Shown one piece after another: positions 62,084 through 64,000 of a DNA stretch of 64,000 bases (position 1 is the stretch's first letter; the number at the start of each line of letters is the position of its first letter). The translations under genes and the position numbers were made by a program. The notes below the pieces were generated by a model. It saw nothing but the letters and a program-made list of their open reading frames with translations. It ran no database searches and had not been told where the DNA came from. Location of the stretch: positions 224,001-288,000 of the forward strand of contig JAVJQW010000062.1 of NCBI GenBank assembly GCA_040218735.1. Direction: 5' to 3'. The stretch is from Deltaproteobacteria bacterium (GTDB lineage Bacteria; Myxococcota; Kuafuiibacteriia; Kuafuiibacteriales; Kuafuiibacteriaceae).

Positions 62084-62917
62084 TCACCCCAACCGGGCGA
62101 CGATCTTCGAGACGAGCGCGATGAAGTCCTCTTGGACGGCGGCGCCGGCGGCCTTCACTTCGTCGTGGGAGAGCGGCCCGGCGGCGAGGCCGGCGCCCTT
62201 GTTCGAGATGCACGACAGGCCGAGGACGGACGCGCCCATGTGGCGCGCGGCGATGACCTCGAGGACGGTCGACATGCCGACCGCGTCGGCGCCGAGGCGA
62301 CCGAGCATCCGCACCTCCGCCGGGGTCTCGTAGGACGGTCCGAGCAGACCGGCGTACACCCCTTCGCGCAGCTTCAGCTCGATCGACTCCGCGACCTCAC
62401 GCGCGACCTGGCGCAGGTCCGCGTCGTAGGGATCCGTCATGTCCGGGAAGCGCGGGCCGAGCGCCATGTCGTTCGGTCCGAGGAGCGGGTTCGTGCCGGT
62501 GAGGTTGAGGTGGTCGGAGATCAGCATGATCTCCTTCTCGTCGAAGTCCGGGTTCACGCCGCCCGCGGCGTTGGTGACGATCAGCCGCGTCGCGCCGAGC
62601 CGCACCATCACGCGGATCGGGAACACGACCTCCGACGCCGGGTACCCCTCGTACAGGTGCACGCGCCCCTGCATCGCGACCACCGGCACACCTTGGAGCG
62701 TGCCGATGACCAGGCGCCCCTCGTGGCCTTCGACGGTCGACGTTCGAAAGCCCGGGATCCGATCGTAACCGACCGTCCCCGCGATCTCGATGCCGTCGAC
62801 GAGACCGCCGAGCCCGGAGCCGAGCACGATCCCGAGCGTCGGCTGCGCGCCGGGCACGGCTTCACGGACGGCCTCGACCGCTCGCTGAATCACCACGGAC
62901 TGGGTTTCGTTCTCCAT
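62084..62917 (-). CDS. punA: Purine-nucleoside phosphorylase (trimeric type)
   Basis: LGSGLG, VEGHEG, MQGRVHLYEGY, TNAAGG, GPSYETPAE, VGMSTV. Confidence 0.95.
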   Translation of the reverse strand: MENETQSVVIQRAVEAVREAVPGAQPTLGIVLGSGLGGLVDGIEIAGTVGYDRIPGFRTSTVEGHEGRLVIGTLQGVPVVAMQGRVHLYEGYPASEVVFPIRVMVRLGATRLIVTNAAGGVNPDFDEKEIMLISDHLNLTGTNPLLGPNDMALGPRFPDMTDPYDADLRQVAREVAESIELKLREGVYAGLLGPSYETPAEVRMLGRLGADAVGMSTVLEVIAARHMGASVLGLSCISNKGAGLAAGPLSHDEVKAAGAAVQEDFIALVSKIVARLG

Positions 62918-62941
62918 GCGCGTCTCCCTCGGCGTCGCGAG

Positions 62942-64000
62942 CTACAGCTCGCCGAGCCGCTCCTTGATCAGCACCGTCGGCTCGGGTGCTTCTTCGGACA
63001 GCTCGATCGCGCCGAGGAGGATCTCCTTCGCGGCGGCGAGTTTGCCTTCGTCGTTGTAGTCGGCGCGCGCGATCGGCTGGCCGGCTTCGAGTGTGTCGCC
63101 CAGCCTAAAGCCGATATCGAACCCCACCGAGAGGTCGACCGCGTCGGAGGACTTCGCGCGCCCCGCGCCGAGGACCATCGCCGCCCGCCCGATCGCCTCG
63201 ACGTCGAGCCGCGACACGATGCCGGCGCGATCGATCGTCACGTCCTGCGTGTGTTTCGCGGTCGGGAGCTTGTCACGCGCGTCGAGGGACGCCGGGTCGC
63301 CGCCCTGGGCCTGCACGACCTTCCGGAGCTTCTCCAGCCCCCGTCCGTCCGCGATGGCGCGGCGCATTCGCGTCTTGCCGTCGTCGAGCGAGTCGGCGAC
63401 CCCGCCGAGCACGAGCATCTCCGCGCCGATCTCGACGGTGAGCGTGACGACGTCCTCGGGGCCCCCGCCGCGCAGCACCTCGATCGCCTCCCAGGTCTCG
63501 TTGGCGTTGCCACACGCACGACCGAGGACCTGGTTCATGTCCGTCACCAGCGCGCGGACCTTCTTGTTCATACGATCGCCGATCGAGATCATCGTGCGCG
63601 CGAGCGCCCGTGCGTCGTCGACCGACTTCATGAACGCGCCGGACCCGACCTTCACGTCGAGGACGAGCCCGTCGATCCCCTCCGCGAGTTTCTTCGACAT
63701 GATCGACGCCGCGATCAGCGGGATGGACTCGACCGTCCCCGTCACGTCGCGCAGCGCGTAGAGCTTCTTGTCCGCGGGCGCGAGCGAAGCGGTCTGCCCG
63801 ATCAGCGCGAGGTTGTGCTCGCGCACGATCTCCACGAAGCGGTCGTCGTCGATGTCCACGGTGAAGCCCGGGATCGCGGAGAGTTTGTCGAGCGTCCCGC
63901 CGGTGTGGCCGAGCGCGCGCCCCGAGATCATTGGCACCGGCACGCCGCAGGCGGCGACGAGGGGGGCGAGGCAGATCGAGATCTTGTCGCCGACGCCGCC
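62942..64000 (-). CDS. deoA: Thymidine/pyrimidine-nucleoside phosphorylase (5' end outside the window)
   Basis: GGVGDKIS, ISGRALGHTGGTLDKL, PADKKLYALRDVT, IMSKK, DVKVGSGAFMK. Confidence 0.95.
   Translation of the reverse strand, partial: GGVGDKISICLAPLVAACGVPVPMISGRALGHTGGTLDKLSAIPGFTVDIDDDRFVEIVREHNLALIGQTASLAPADKKLYALRDVTGTVESIPLIAASIMSKKLAEGIDGLVLDVKVGSGAFMKSVDDARALARTMISIGDRMNKKVRALVTDMNQVLGRACGNANETWEAIEVLRGGGPEDVVTLTVEIGAEMLVLGGVADSLDDGKTRMRRAIADGRGLEKLRKVVQAQGGDPASLDARDKLPTAKHTQDVTIDRAGIVSRLDVEAIGRAAMVLGAGRAKSSDAVDLSVGFDIGFRLGDTLEAGQPIARADYNDEGKLAAAKEILLGAIELSEEAPEPTVLIKERLGEL

Noticed and set aside
61899-62213. 104-aa minus-strand ORF over the structured intergenic region
   Set aside because: Overlaps punA out of frame, atypical codon usage; better explained as RNA structure

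Overview
High-GC bacterial chromosomal segment whose gene content (many lipoproteins with DAG/DGG stalks, PEGA and choice-of-anchor proteins, a triple bactofilin cluster, a roadblock protein, multiheme cytochromes) points to Myxococcota or a related deltaproteobacterium (inference). Core loci: pgsA-tRNA-Gly(GCC), nadB, pyrE with three bactofilins and a Ycf46-type AAA ATPase, nrdR-ribD-ribE-ribB(A)-ribH-nusB, an M1 aminopeptidase, a GH57/GalT-like/GH3/HAD cluster and punA/deoA. No integrase, transposase, CRISPR array or rRNA was seen. Most notable observations: (1) an ORF missing from the supplied track that closely resembles eukaryotic ALKBH4, including its CxCxGIRxCxxC motif; (2) a rib operon in which both Zn-dependent early enzymes (RibD deaminase domain, RibA domain) have lost their metal ligands; (3) a compact, structured sRNA candidate with C-rich loops at about 61.9-62.08 kb; (4) an 814-aa protein ending in a nucleoside-phosphorylase-fold domain; (5) further apparent pseudoenzymes; (6) a RIO kinase with a long RGG/RDGG 27-nt repeat tail next to an ABC-F factor. 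All family calls are from manual motif recognition, not database searches.
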